DNA of 64,000 nucleotides from Candidatus Saccharimonadales bacterium (GTDB lineage: Bacteria; Patescibacteriota; Saccharimonadia; Saccharimonadales; UBA4665). The notes beneath the pieces were generated by a model that had not been told where the DNA came from, made no database searches, and saw only the letters and a program-made list of their open reading frames with translations. The stretch lies in assembly GCA_038232415.1 (NCBI GenBank), contig JBBSHY010000002.1, positions 3,719 to 67,718 on the forward strand. Reading direction: 5' to 3'. Of the stretch, positions 14,358 to 24,060 are shown in pieces. Numbering within the stretch: position 1 is the first letter of the stretch; each line of letters opens with the position of its first letter. A program made the position numbers and the translations under genes.

Positions 14358-15200
14358 TTAATGGCTGAGCTTTTTATGCTCGTTACTGTAACTATCCAGG
14401 AATTGGTTAAATGTCGTCATCAGCTCTCGCAAGGCGGGCGATGGTGATCCCAGACTAAGGCCGTCAATGGATTGAATCGGCATAATTTTAGATGAACTAC
14501 TGGTCAAAAACGCACTATCAAAATCACTAACATCGGTTAATTTTATAGCTCGTTCTGTAACTGTAAATTTGTTTTGCTTAGCGACTTTCAGGACTGCCCC
14601 ACGCATTATCCCCGGTAGTATAGACTCTTTCTTTGGCGTAAAAATTGTTCGATCTTTAATACTCAAAAAATTAGTTCGCGTGCCTTCAGTAATACAGCCG
14701 TTTCGATCTATAAGAAGGGCGTCATAAGCACCACTAGCCTTGGCGTGTCGATAGGCAAGATAACTAGGCAGCATATTAAGTGTCTTTGCTCCGGTAAAGG
14801 ACCGCTCGTAGTTATAAGTAATACAAGCTGCACCGTTTTTGTAAAACTTTCTATCGGGAAAGAAGGGATTCAAACACATGATTGAAAGTGTTGCCTTGTC
14901 CTTAGAGGCACTGCCCACCAGCAACACTTTTAAGTTACACGTCTCGGCTTTTGTTTTCTGCACGAGTTCACTTATACTTTTCTGGACAAAATCGGCTGAA
15001 AAGGCGTGTTCTAAATCAATCACCCTGGCGGACTCCATCAGCCTTTCGCAGTGTTCCTGCAAAAAGTATGTGGTGCCACCTTGGAGACGGATGGTTTCAT
15101 AGACCCCAAAACCATAGGTATACTCAATACTGCTGAGTGGAACAACCGCTTGCTCAATCGGCAAAACTTTGCCATTGTGTGAAAAGTATTGATATGCCAT
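14358..15200 (-). CDS. class IV (fold-type IV) aminotransferase, D-amino-acid/branched-chain type
   Basis: 280 aa with EGTRTNFLSIKDRTIFTP and family-typical length. Substrate not determinable by eye. Confidence 0.8.
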   Translation of the reverse strand: MAYQYFSHNGKVLPIEQAVVPLSSIEYTYGFGVYETIRLQGGTTYFLQEHCERLMESARVIDLEHAFSADFVQKSISELVQKTKAETCNLKVLLVGSASKDKATLSIMCLNPFFPDRKFYKNGAACITYNYERSFTGAKTLNMLPSYLAYRHAKASGAYDALLIDRNGCITEGTRTNFLSIKDRTIFTPKKESILPGIMRGAVLKVAKQNKFTVTERAIKLTDVSDFDSAFLTSSSSKIMPIQSIDGLSLGSPSPALRELMTTFNQFLDSYSNEHKKLSH

Positions 15201-15246
15201 AGCTTATTACTACCTATCATACGTTATAATATCCCTGTTAAGCTAT

Positions 15247-15320
15247 GGCGCCTTGGCGGAGTAGTTACGCAGCGGTCTGCAAAACCGCGTACACGGGTGC
15301 AAATCCCGTAGGTGCCTCCA
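15247..15320 (+). tRNA. tRNA-Cys (GCA)
   Basis: Cloverleaf with anticodon arm GCGGU-CUGCAAA-ACCGC, discriminator U73 and encoded CCA. Confidence 0.9.
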
Positions 15321-15338
15321 TAGTTTACATGCTTCGAT

Positions 15339-15425
15339 GGGCGAGTGGCGGAATTGGTATACGCGGTGGACTTAAAATCCGCTGGCCTTAAAGCCTTGAG
15401 GGTTCGAGTCCCTCCTCGCCCACCA
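15339..15425 (+). tRNA. tRNA-Leu (UAA)
   Basis: 87 nt. Acceptor GGGCGAG/CUCGCCC, anticodon loop CUUAAAA, long variable arm, T arm GAGGG-UUCGAGU-CCCUC, encoded CCA. Confidence 0.9.
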
Positions 15426-15495
15426 AGCTTACTGCTGACGGACTCTTTACTTTGCAAGACGTACAATTAATATAGCAAGGCGTTATAATAAGCCC

Positions 15496-16248
15496 ATGCA
15501 AATCGTTGTAGATAAATTGTTGGCCAACTATGAATTATCAGGCAAGGGTCGGTTGGTGTTACTGTTACACGGTTGGGGTGATAGCAGCGTGGGATTGAGG
15601 GATCTACAATCTAAATTGGCTAAATCGTATAGAGTTCTAGTAATTGATCTGCCGGGCTTTGGGAGTAGCCAGGCACCGAAAGCTGTGTGGGATTTGGATG
15701 ATTATGCACACTTCCTTAGGGCTTTGCTTGACAAGCTTGGGCTTAAACAACCCTATGCTCTGATTGGTCATAGCAATGGCGGGGCTCTGGCTATACGGGC
15801 TGTTTCGCTTCAGATACTTAAGCCAAAGAAGCTAATATTATTGGCTGCTTCAGGCATTAGAAATGATCAAAAAGTTAAGCGCTTGGTACTGAAAATTATA
15901 GCTAAGACAGGAGATATTGCTACCATCTGGATGCCTGAACGCTACCGCCGGGCCTTACGTAAAAGCTTATACGGTGTGGCCGGCTCGGACATGTTAGTAA
16001 TGCCGGGGCTGAAAGAAACTTTTAAAAAAACTGTACGCCAGGATGTACAATCTGATGCCGCCAATATTACTATACCGACGTTGTTGATTTATGCCGCCAA
16101 TGATAGAGCGGTGCCGCCCAACCATGGCCACAGATACCAGAAGCTTATTAAAAACTCTCATTTAGAAGTTGTAAGCAAATCTGAGCATTTCCTGCATCTG
16201 GATCAGCCAGACAGGGTGGAACAATTAATTGAGGAATTTCTAAAATGA
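15496..16248 (+). CDS. alpha/beta-fold hydrolase
   Basis: 250 aa with HGWGDSS and the nucleophile elbow GHSNGG. ATGA overlap with the next gene. Confidence 0.8.
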   Translation: MQIVVDKLLANYELSGKGRLVLLLHGWGDSSVGLRDLQSKLAKSYRVLVIDLPGFGSSQAPKAVWDLDDYAHFLRALLDKLGLKQPYALIGHSNGGALAIRAVSLQILKPKKLILLAASGIRNDQKVKRLVLKIIAKTGDIATIWMPERYRRALRKSLYGVAGSDMLVMPGLKETFKKTVRQDVQSDAANITIPTLLIYAANDRAVPPNHGHRYQKLIKNSHLEVVSKSEHFLHLDQPDRVEQLIEEFLK

Positions 16249-17681
16249 CACTTAACTTGTTAAGTCTATATACATTTCACTATGCCGAAACAGTGGTATA
16301 TATGCTGCAAAGTACAGAATATAAGATTTCACCATACCTAAAATGGTACTGGCATACTTATAATTTCTCTAAAGTTATGCAGCGCCGCACTCTGGACCGG
16401 ACTAAAGCCGCGCGTTTGTTACTAGTAGCCCTACACACAGGCATTAGCCTACAGGTTATAGCAGGTCTATGGCTTATTTACCAGGGTCTTTTACATAACT
16501 TGACAGGGGGGGTAGCTTTTGGCGCTGCTCTGATCGTAGCTTATCCGGTTGTCTGGGCGCATTTGCTGGTTGTTCCGCTATTGCTCGGGCGTTGGTTTGT
16601 CGCCCAGCCAGCCGAGCAAACCTTAATTAAGCAATCAGCAGAAGTATTCGCTAATCATCCCGGAATTAAAATCGCCATCGCCGGCAGCTATGGTAAGACA
16701 ACAATGAAGGAAATATTAACCATGGTACTAAGTGAAGGTCTAAAGGTAGCTGCCACGCCGGCCAACAAAAACGTTAGTATCAGTCATGCCCAGTTTGCAA
16801 AAAGCCTGGATGGCAATGAAGATGTACTGATCATCGAATACGGTGAGGGGGCACCCGGAGATGTGGCCAGGTTTGCCAACATTACCCAGCCGACCCATGC
16901 CATAATCACCGGACTGGCCCCGGCCCACCTGGATCAATACAAGACACTGCAAGCCGCCGGCGAAGATATCTTTTCAGTTGCTGAACAGGTGGATTCAGGG
17001 CATGTCTATGTGAATAATGAATCATCAAGCGTCAAGCCGTTTTTAAAAGATTACCATTTATATGACGAGAGTGGCGCTCTAGGTTGGAAAACGGATAATA
17101 TTAAAACCGAAATAACCGGTACTGATTTCTTACTCAAAAAAGATAAGAAAACATTAAGATTACAGAGTGGATTAATAGGCAAGCACCAAGCGGGTTATCT
17201 GGCCCTGGTTGCTGCTTTGGCACTAGAGCTTGGACTTAATGACAAGCAAGTCGTAAATGGCATTTCAAAAACAGCGCCCTTTGAGCATCGTATGCAACCT
17301 TACCAGCTAGGAGGTGCTTGGATTGTAGATGACACCTACAACGGCAACCTGGAAGGTATTCGAGCCGGTACCCAGCTACTTAAAGACATCAAAGCCAAGC
17401 GCAAAATCTACGTCACACCCGGCCTGGTAGACCAAGGCGATGAAACTGAACGGGTCCACCTTGAGACGGGGAAGCTAATCGCCGAGGCTCAGCCAGATCT
17501 GGCGGTACTTATGAAAAACTCTGTCACTGATTACATAAAAGAAGGCTTACAAAAAGGCAAATTCAAGGGTGAATTACAAATCGAAACTAATCCCCTGGAG
17601 TTCTATTCCAATCTGTCGCATTTTGTAGCCAGCGGCGACCTGGTTATCATGCAAAACGACTGGACCGATAACTACACCTAA
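16245..17681 (+). CDS. Mur ligase family protein, MurF-like, with a membrane N-terminal region
   Basis: P-loop IAGSYGKTTMKE and C-terminal DDTYNGN motif. The first ~115 aa are hydrophobic helices instead of the usual Mur N-domain. Confidence 0.7.
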   Translation: MTLNLLSLYTFHYAETVVYMLQSTEYKISPYLKWYWHTYNFSKVMQRRTLDRTKAARLLLVALHTGISLQVIAGLWLIYQGLLHNLTGGVAFGAALIVAYPVVWAHLLVVPLLLGRWFVAQPAEQTLIKQSAEVFANHPGIKIAIAGSYGKTTMKEILTMVLSEGLKVAATPANKNVSISHAQFAKSLDGNEDVLIIEYGEGAPGDVARFANITQPTHAIITGLAPAHLDQYKTLQAAGEDIFSVAEQVDSGHVYVNNESSSVKPFLKDYHLYDESGALGWKTDNIKTEITGTDFLLKKDKKTLRLQSGLIGKHQAGYLALVAALALELGLNDKQVVNGISKTAPFEHRMQPYQLGGAWIVDDTYNGNLEGIRAGTQLLKDIKAKRKIYVTPGLVDQGDETERVHLETGKLIAEAQPDLAVLMKNSVTDYIKEGLQKGKFKGELQIETNPLEFYSNLSHFVASGDLVIMQNDWTDNYT

Positions 17682-17691
17682 GCGAACGCAC

Positions 17692-18987
17692 CTATTTTTC
17701 AATCAGTCGTTCCACAGCCAGCATCACCGCGGCTTCTTTGAGCGGCACCTCTTTTTTGAGAGAAAATTTGTAAGTATCCTCTATGGCCGTCACCATGTAT
17801 TTTTCAAGGGTGGCATTCACTTTTTCCAGACTCCAGTGCTCGCCTTTCTTATTTTGCAGCCATTCCAGGTAACTGACAATAACGCCGCCGGCATTGGCGA
17901 TTATATCCGGTAATATCACGTGGCCATGCTCAACCAGATAAGTGTAAGCACGCTCATCAATCGGCCCGTTGGCTAGTTCCAGAAGATATTTGGCATGTAT
18001 GGTGTCCACGTTTTCCCGCGCGGTCACAGCATCGCCGAGAGCGGCCAGCACCAGGATGTCGACGTCGGAACTTAGCAGTGCTTCGTTGCTAATAAGCGTG
18101 GTAGATCCATCTTTATAATCCACGAAAGTCTTACCGGTTGCCTTGTGGGCTGACAATTGAGCGGCACTGAGACCCGCTGGATTATACAAGGCGCCTTCGG
18201 CCTCACCTATTACTACTATCTTCCAGTGGGGGTGGGCTTTTTGGGCGCTGAGACAGAAATGAGAGCCGACATTGCCGAAACCCTGGATGGCTATAGTCAG
18301 CGTATCGTCGGCTTTACCGAGACGGACCAGCAGTTCGTGGAGCGCGATCATACCGCCGTAGCCGGTGGCAGCATCGCGTCCCTCGCTACCGCCGTTAGCA
18401 AGGCTTTTACCGGTAAAACTGGCTTTATTAGTATTGCCACTAAGTTTTTCATACTCTTCAACCATCCAATCCATGATCCGGCCATTGGTATTGACATCCG
18501 GTGCCGGCACGTCTTTGTCAGGGCCGATATAAGGTGCCATATAGGCGCTGTACTTGCGGCTTAGTTCCTCGAGTTCCTTTTCAGTCAGTTGATGAGGATC
18601 GACAGCCACGCCGCCTTTGCCTCCGCCCAGCGGCAATCCAACCGCGGCCGTTTTGAGGCTCATCAGCATAGCCATTGCTTGCACCTCTTCTAGGTGAACG
18701 TCGTGATGAAACCGAACACCGCCCTTGTAGGGGCCCCGGCGATTATTGTGCTGTAACCGGAAGGCCGGAAACTTTTTACCGTTATCCAGCGATATTTCAA
18801 AAGCGTGAGCGGCGTCGGCTCGCAGCAAGGCTTCAATAGTAGCTTCATCCAACCCCAGTTTTTCTCCGGCGCGGGCGATCATATGCTGTGCGGTTCGTAA
18901 CATTGCTTGTTCCTCCGGTTTTAGTTTGTTAAACTGTCTTCCATAATAAACCCGTTGCTTGTTTTTGTCGAAAATCATGAAAACCAT
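17692..18987 (-). CDS. gdh: Glu/Leu/Phe/Val dehydrogenase (glutamate dehydrogenase)
   Basis: PLGGGKGGV catalytic-lysine motif, Rossmann GFGNVG, 431 aa. Confidence 0.9.
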   Translation of the reverse strand: MVFMIFDKNKQRVYYGRQFNKLKPEEQAMLRTAQHMIARAGEKLGLDEATIEALLRADAAHAFEISLDNGKKFPAFRLQHNNRRGPYKGGVRFHHDVHLEEVQAMAMLMSLKTAAVGLPLGGGKGGVAVDPHQLTEKELEELSRKYSAYMAPYIGPDKDVPAPDVNTNGRIMDWMVEEYEKLSGNTNKASFTGKSLANGGSEGRDAATGYGGMIALHELLVRLGKADDTLTIAIQGFGNVGSHFCLSAQKAHPHWKIVVIGEAEGALYNPAGLSAAQLSAHKATGKTFVDYKDGSTTLISNEALLSSDVDILVLAALGDAVTARENVDTIHAKYLLELANGPIDERAYTYLVEHGHVILPDIIANAGGVIVSYLEWLQNKKGEHWSLEKVNATLEKYMVTAIEDTYKFSLKKEVPLKEAAVMLAVERLIEK

Positions 18988-19054
18988 GCCAGTATAACGG
19001 CAGTTAACAGGGTAAATTTTGAAATAGTATGACGTAATTGTATATACTTATTGC

Positions 19055-20221
19055 ATGGAAACAATCGCAGTAATTTTTGGCGGGCGCTCGGCTGAGCATG
19101 ATGTCTCGATAGTTACGGCGCTGGGTAGTATTATTAAACCTCTTGAATTAACCAAAAAATACCGAGTAGAAGCGGTGTATATTGCTAAAGACGGCGGCTG
19201 GTACTGGGAGGACAAACTCAAAGATATTAGCTTATTCAGTTCCGGAGGTATCCAGGATTACACTCATCATACTCAGCCAACCAGCGTGCAGTTTGATGGC
19301 GGTATGACGCTTGTAAAAGCCAGCGGCATCGCCGGGCGCAAACAATCCCGCAAAATCGATATTGCCTTTCCGGCTATGCACGGTACTTACGGCGAAGACG
19401 GCGCCCTAATGGGGCTACTGGATATGGCTGGAATTCCATATGTCGGCTGCGGTGTTAGCGCGGCCGCTGTAGCCATGGATAAAGTCTTATCTAAGAAAAT
19501 AGCTGAGGCAAATGACATACCAATACCTAAATACACTTACTTTGAAAAAAGCGATCTTGACCACGATGCTAGCACTATACTTAGGCTGGTTACCCGGGTT
19601 TTGGAATATCCACTGTTCGTCAAGCCGGCTCATCTTGGTTCAAGCATCGGTATCAGCCGGGTCACAAATGACAATGAGCTTCGTAACGCCATGGAAGTAG
19701 CATCTCATTATGACGATAAAGTTATTGTTGAGGAAGAAGTTCCCAACTTAATCGAGGTCACCTTGCCAATCATGGGCAACATCCGGCTTCAGCAGGCCTT
19801 GCTGGAGCAGCCGATGACTAAGCCGGATGACTTTTTTGACTTTGATACCAAATATTTACAGGGCGGTAAAAAGGGTAAAGGCAAAGGCGGCGTTAAAGGC
19901 GCCCAAGGTTACAGCCAGATTCCGGCTGAACTGCCCAAAGCTATCTATGAGAAAGCGGAACAGCTTGGCTTAAGGATATACTGGCTGCTAGGGTGCAGCG
20001 GCATTGCCCGGGTCGACATGCTTATAGACGAGAAAGTCGGCAAGGTTTACTTCAACGAAGTTAATCCTTTACCGGGCAGCCTATATGCTCATAACTGGAA
20101 TCGGGCCGGCGTCAGCAATGTTGAACTGGTGCAAAAACTAGTTGGTTTTGCTAAAGAACGTCACACCAGCCGTCAGGTCCTTACTACAGCCTTCAATACT
20201 AACTTTCTCCAACAGTTTTAG
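19055..20221 (+). CDS. ddl: D-alanine--D-alanine ligase
   Basis: 388 aa. FPAMHGTYGEDGALMGLLDMAGIPYVG and the ATP-grasp C-terminus EVNPLPGS. Confidence 0.9.
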   Translation: METIAVIFGGRSAEHDVSIVTALGSIIKPLELTKKYRVEAVYIAKDGGWYWEDKLKDISLFSSGGIQDYTHHTQPTSVQFDGGMTLVKASGIAGRKQSRKIDIAFPAMHGTYGEDGALMGLLDMAGIPYVGCGVSAAAVAMDKVLSKKIAEANDIPIPKYTYFEKSDLDHDASTILRLVTRVLEYPLFVKPAHLGSSIGISRVTNDNELRNAMEVASHYDDKVIVEEEVPNLIEVTLPIMGNIRLQQALLEQPMTKPDDFFDFDTKYLQGGKKGKGKGGVKGAQGYSQIPAELPKAIYEKAEQLGLRIYWLLGCSGIARVDMLIDEKVGKVYFNEVNPLPGSLYAHNWNRAGVSNVELVQKLVGFAKERHTSRQVLTTAFNTNFLQQF

Positions 20222-20232
20222 GTGTAAGCGCA

Positions 20233-21534
20233 GTGAGGCTTAACATTGTACACCCTGGTGCCGGCGAACTTCATTACGAAATCCGCGGGATTGTAGAATT
20301 TGCCGAACAGCTGGCAGAAACAGGCATACCTATCACGTGGGAAAACATAGGCGATCCGGTTGCTAAGGGTGAGCAGATCCCGCAGTGGATCCGCGACATT
20401 GTGTCAGAAGAGGTCAAACGAAATACCGACTCATATGCCTACTCGCCAACAAAAGGCTTGGAAACGGCCCGGAACTTTTTATCTGAGCAACGCAGCCAGG
20501 AAGGCAAGGCCCAACTTTATGCTGAACATATCCTGTTTTTCAATGGGCTAGGAGACGCAATCAACAAAGTTTATACGTGGCTTAATCCCAAAGCCCGCGT
20601 TTTGGGACCTAACCCGGCTTATCCTACTCATTCTGCACTCGAAGCCGCCCATGGCCGTTCAGCTCATATGACTTACCAGCTTGATCCAGATAATAATTGG
20701 CTTCCAAATGTTGTCGACGTGCGCCGCCAGGTTGTTGGTAATCCTAATATTGCTGGTCTGCTGATTATTAATCCCGACAACCCTACTGGTATGGTCTATC
20801 CCCGTCATATTCTGGAAGAGTTTGTGGGCATTGCCAAGCAGTACAAATTATTTCTAATTGCTGATGAAATCTACTCTAACCTTACATATAATCCGCAGGA
20901 TTTTATACCGCTGGCAGAGCTGGCTGACGGCGTACCAACCATCATAATGCGCGGCCTGTCCAAAGAAATACCTTGGCCGGGCAGTCGTTGCGGCTGGGCT
21001 GAATTTTATAATGTCCACGTCGATTCCCAATTTGTCCGCTACATCCAGTCGATTATAGAGGCTAAGATGACGGAAGTATGTTCAACTACTTTGCCTCAAT
21101 CAGTTTTACCGGCCATTTTAGGCGATGACCGTTATGCCGTGCACTTGGCAAGCCGCCACGCTAAATACAAAGCGCGAGCAGCCCAAGCAGTAAAAATATT
21201 AAGCAATCACCCGCACCTGAATGTCGTAGAACCGAAAGGCGCATTTTATTTATCAGTTACCTTTAGCCAAGATTTTACGAAGAAAAAGATTGATAAGCCA
21301 GCGGCTAATCCTAAAGCCCAGAAACTTCTGGAGGGTGTGCTTAAGGATACCCCTTCAGGAATTTTTGACAAGCGCTTTTGCTACGAGCTATTGGCCTGTA
21401 CGGGGATCTGCACAGTGCCTCTGACGACCGGATTTAATAGTTCTACTCCCGGCTTTCGCATGACCCTGCTCGAGCCGGATGATCAGGTTTTTGCGTCCAC
21501 ACTGCAAACTATTAAGGATTTTTGTTCCTTATAA
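20233..21534 (+). CDS. class I/II PLP-dependent aminotransferase (alanine/aspartate aminotransferase-like)
   Basis: 433 aa with INPDNPTG and the PLP-lysine region LSKEIPWPGSRCGW. Confidence 0.85.
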   Translation: MRLNIVHPGAGELHYEIRGIVEFAEQLAETGIPITWENIGDPVAKGEQIPQWIRDIVSEEVKRNTDSYAYSPTKGLETARNFLSEQRSQEGKAQLYAEHILFFNGLGDAINKVYTWLNPKARVLGPNPAYPTHSALEAAHGRSAHMTYQLDPDNNWLPNVVDVRRQVVGNPNIAGLLIINPDNPTGMVYPRHILEEFVGIAKQYKLFLIADEIYSNLTYNPQDFIPLAELADGVPTIIMRGLSKEIPWPGSRCGWAEFYNVHVDSQFVRYIQSIIEAKMTEVCSTTLPQSVLPAILGDDRYAVHLASRHAKYKARAAQAVKILSNHPHLNVVEPKGAFYLSVTFSQDFTKKKIDKPAANPKAQKLLEGVLKDTPSGIFDKRFCYELLACTGICTVPLTTGFNSSTPGFRMTLLEPDDQVFASTLQTIKDFCSL

Positions 21535-21586
21535 ACGGCCTGTTTTACATGATTTAACAGATTAATTCCATGGTATAATACATGTA

Positions 21587-23476
21587 ATGCCCGATCGTGT
21601 CGCTATTCTTGATGCCGGAGGTCAATATATTGACCTCGTACGTAAAGCGGTCGAACGTCTAGGCTTACCAGCCGATGTCCTGCCACTAGACACGCCAAGG
21701 GAAAAAATTGAGGGAAGCTACGGCGCAATTATTATTTCCGGCAGTCCGGCTAACCCTCATGTTGGAACAGCGCCACAACCGGATAGAAGCATCTGGCATA
21801 GTAAATTACCCATACTAGGTATATGTTACGGCATGCAAGCAATGGTAGTGGCGCACGGCGGCCAGGTAGCCAAAAATACCATACGTGAGGATGGACGTAT
21901 TACCACCCAGGTCGACAACGTACACCCTATCTTTAAGGGTATCAAAAAGCATTTCACAGGTCTTTTCACGCATGGTGACTTTGTAAAATCCATTCCGGCT
22001 GATTTTGCCATGCTTGGATCGCATTCCCTTAGCGATGGATCAACATCCTATTCGGCCATAGCCAAAGATAATAAAGTAGGTGTCCAGTTTCATCCTGAAG
22101 TATTTGACGACACACCCGAAGGCTACCAACTGTTTAAAAACTTCCTGGAATTAATTGCCGGTTTGCGGCCAGACAAAAATTTCCGGGAAAAGCAATTACA
22201 ACAAGTAATTAAAACTAAGCAAAAACAGATTTCCGCACTGACTGGCGTCCGCCACGTGATTGCTTTTGTGAGCGGCGGTGTAGACTCCAGTGTAGCGGCT
22301 ACTCTTGCCGCGGGCGTTATACCGGCTAAACGCCTGCATGCTTTTTTCATTGACAATGGTTTTATGAGGGATGAAGACGGCACGGTAGTAGAGACCCTTC
22401 AAGCCGCAGGTATACCGGTTAAAAAGATTGATGCCGTGAGCGATTTCGAACAAGCAAGCATTACGATTGACGGCATAACCCATGGACCCCTGATTATAGT
22501 AACCGACCCTGAAATTAAACGTAAGATTATCGGCAAAGCCTTTATGGATGCCCAAAACCGTATAGTTGCCGGTTTAAAATTGACTGAGGTTATGCTGCTC
22601 CAGGGAACTAACGCTGCTGACCGTATCGAAAGCGGCCATAGTACTGGTGACAGCCATACTATGACAATTAAGACTCACCATAATCAGGTACGTGAGGTTC
22701 AGGAACTAAAAGCCCGCGGTTTATTGATTGAGCCGCTTGATGATTTGTTTAAAGACGAAGTCCGCGAATTAGGCCGCCAGCTGGGATTACCCGATGAACT
22801 TGTGGAGCGTCAACCATTTCCTGGTCCGGGCTTAGCGATCCGAATCATTGCCACGGCCAAGTCGGAAACCAGGCTTAAGCCTTTACCTGAGGAACCACAG
22901 ATCCAGGCTTTCCTCGACAAGCAAATTAAAGGTATTAAGGCTCATTTGTTACCCATACGCAGTGTCGGTGTTGGCGGCGATGAACGCTCCCATCTCTCAG
23001 TCATTGCCCTAGATCATGGCGACTTAAAAGCTGACGAACTGGCCAAACTAGGTACAGACCTGCCGGCCCATTTTCGGGAGACTATCAATCGTGTCCTTTA
23101 CGCTTTAGGTTCAAAATCACTAAGTAATCGTTCACAAACTAGAACCTTATTGACAACTGATGTTCGTGCTCAATTACGCTTAGCCGATCGCATAGTTTTT
23201 GAAGAAATGCGTGCTGCCAATCTGCTCGGCACTATAAAACAGTTTCCAGTAGTATTAATACCGCTGTCGTTTGGTGAACCAGGCCAGAGATCTATTGTTC
23301 TCCGTCCAGTTACCACAAGTACATTTATGACCATTCAAGCAATGCTTCCAGATCGCGACCTGCCAGAAAATTTTTTGGATAAAATCGCTACCCGAATTCT
23401 CGTCGAAGACCCTAACATCTCCCAGGTCTTCCTGGACCTTACCAATAAACCCCCTGCTACTACCGAATGGGAGTAA
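21587..23476 (+). CDS. guaA: GMP synthase (glutamine-hydrolysing), long form
   Basis: GATase nucleophile ILGICYGMQ, PP-loop FVSGGVDSS, C-terminal KPPATTEWE. At 629 aa it is about 100 aa longer than typical bacterial GuaA. Confidence 0.9.
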   Translation: MPDRVAILDAGGQYIDLVRKAVERLGLPADVLPLDTPREKIEGSYGAIIISGSPANPHVGTAPQPDRSIWHSKLPILGICYGMQAMVVAHGGQVAKNTIREDGRITTQVDNVHPIFKGIKKHFTGLFTHGDFVKSIPADFAMLGSHSLSDGSTSYSAIAKDNKVGVQFHPEVFDDTPEGYQLFKNFLELIAGLRPDKNFREKQLQQVIKTKQKQISALTGVRHVIAFVSGGVDSSVAATLAAGVIPAKRLHAFFIDNGFMRDEDGTVVETLQAAGIPVKKIDAVSDFEQASITIDGITHGPLIIVTDPEIKRKIIGKAFMDAQNRIVAGLKLTEVMLLQGTNAADRIESGHSTGDSHTMTIKTHHNQVREVQELKARGLLIEPLDDLFKDEVRELGRQLGLPDELVERQPFPGPGLAIRIIATAKSETRLKPLPEEPQIQAFLDKQIKGIKAHLLPIRSVGVGGDERSHLSVIALDHGDLKADELAKLGTDLPAHFRETINRVLYALGSKSLSNRSQTRTLLTTDVRAQLRLADRIVFEEMRAANLLGTIKQFPVVLIPLSFGEPGQRSIVLRPVTTSTFMTIQAMLPDRDLPENFLDKIATRILVEDPNISQVFLDLTNKPPATTEWE

Positions 23477-23479
23477 CGT

Positions 23480-24001
23480 ATGCTTATTAAATCGTGGGTA
23501 TCTCCTAAAACAATTAGAGCCAAGAGTGAGATTTCAGGTTTAGGCCTGTTTGCTCTTGAAAATATTGTTCAAGGAGAGGTTGTGGCTGTTAAAGCAGGCC
23601 ACATAGTAACTGAGGATATCCTCATTAAGAACAAAGTCTTAATTAGAGATAACTATGACCAAATAACTGATGAATTATATTTAGTTCCCCTAAACAGTGA
23701 AGAGGATGAACAAACTCTTATTTGCCTTAACCATTCTTGCGAGCCAAATTTGGGTGTTGGCGGGAGTGCCATATCGGTTGCAATGCGTGCTATTAAAGCC
23801 GGCGAGGAGCTCACCCATGACTATGCTATGTATCTAGGAAATGCCAACTTCAGACTAAAATGTAACTGTAAACGACCGAACTGTCGGAAAATTATTACTG
23901 GTAATGACTGGCAGATTACTCAACTACAAAAAAGATATAAAGGTTACTTTGCGTGGTATCTATCAGAAAGAATTAAAAAAATGACTCAATCTCAAATTTA
24001 G
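23480..24001 (+). CDS. SET-domain protein (putative lysine methyltransferase)
   Basis: GLGLFA, NHSCEPN and ELTHDY motifs plus a Cys-rich post-SET (CNCKRPNC). It starts 4 nt after the guaA stop. Confidence 0.8.
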   Translation: MLIKSWVSPKTIRAKSEISGLGLFALENIVQGEVVAVKAGHIVTEDILIKNKVLIRDNYDQITDELYLVPLNSEEDEQTLICLNHSCEPNLGVGGSAISVAMRAIKAGEELTHDYAMYLGNANFRLKCNCKRPNCRKIITGNDWQITQLQKRYKGYFAWYLSERIKKMTQSQI

Positions 24002-24060
24002 AGCGCTTAGCACTACTCAACTATATGCGGTTAAGGGCTTAAACTGGTAGGATTAATAAG

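Noticed and set aside
15224-15466. 80-aa minus-strand ORF in the track.
   Set aside because: It lies entirely over two well-folding plus-strand tRNA genes (Cys, Leu), so it is a spurious ORF.
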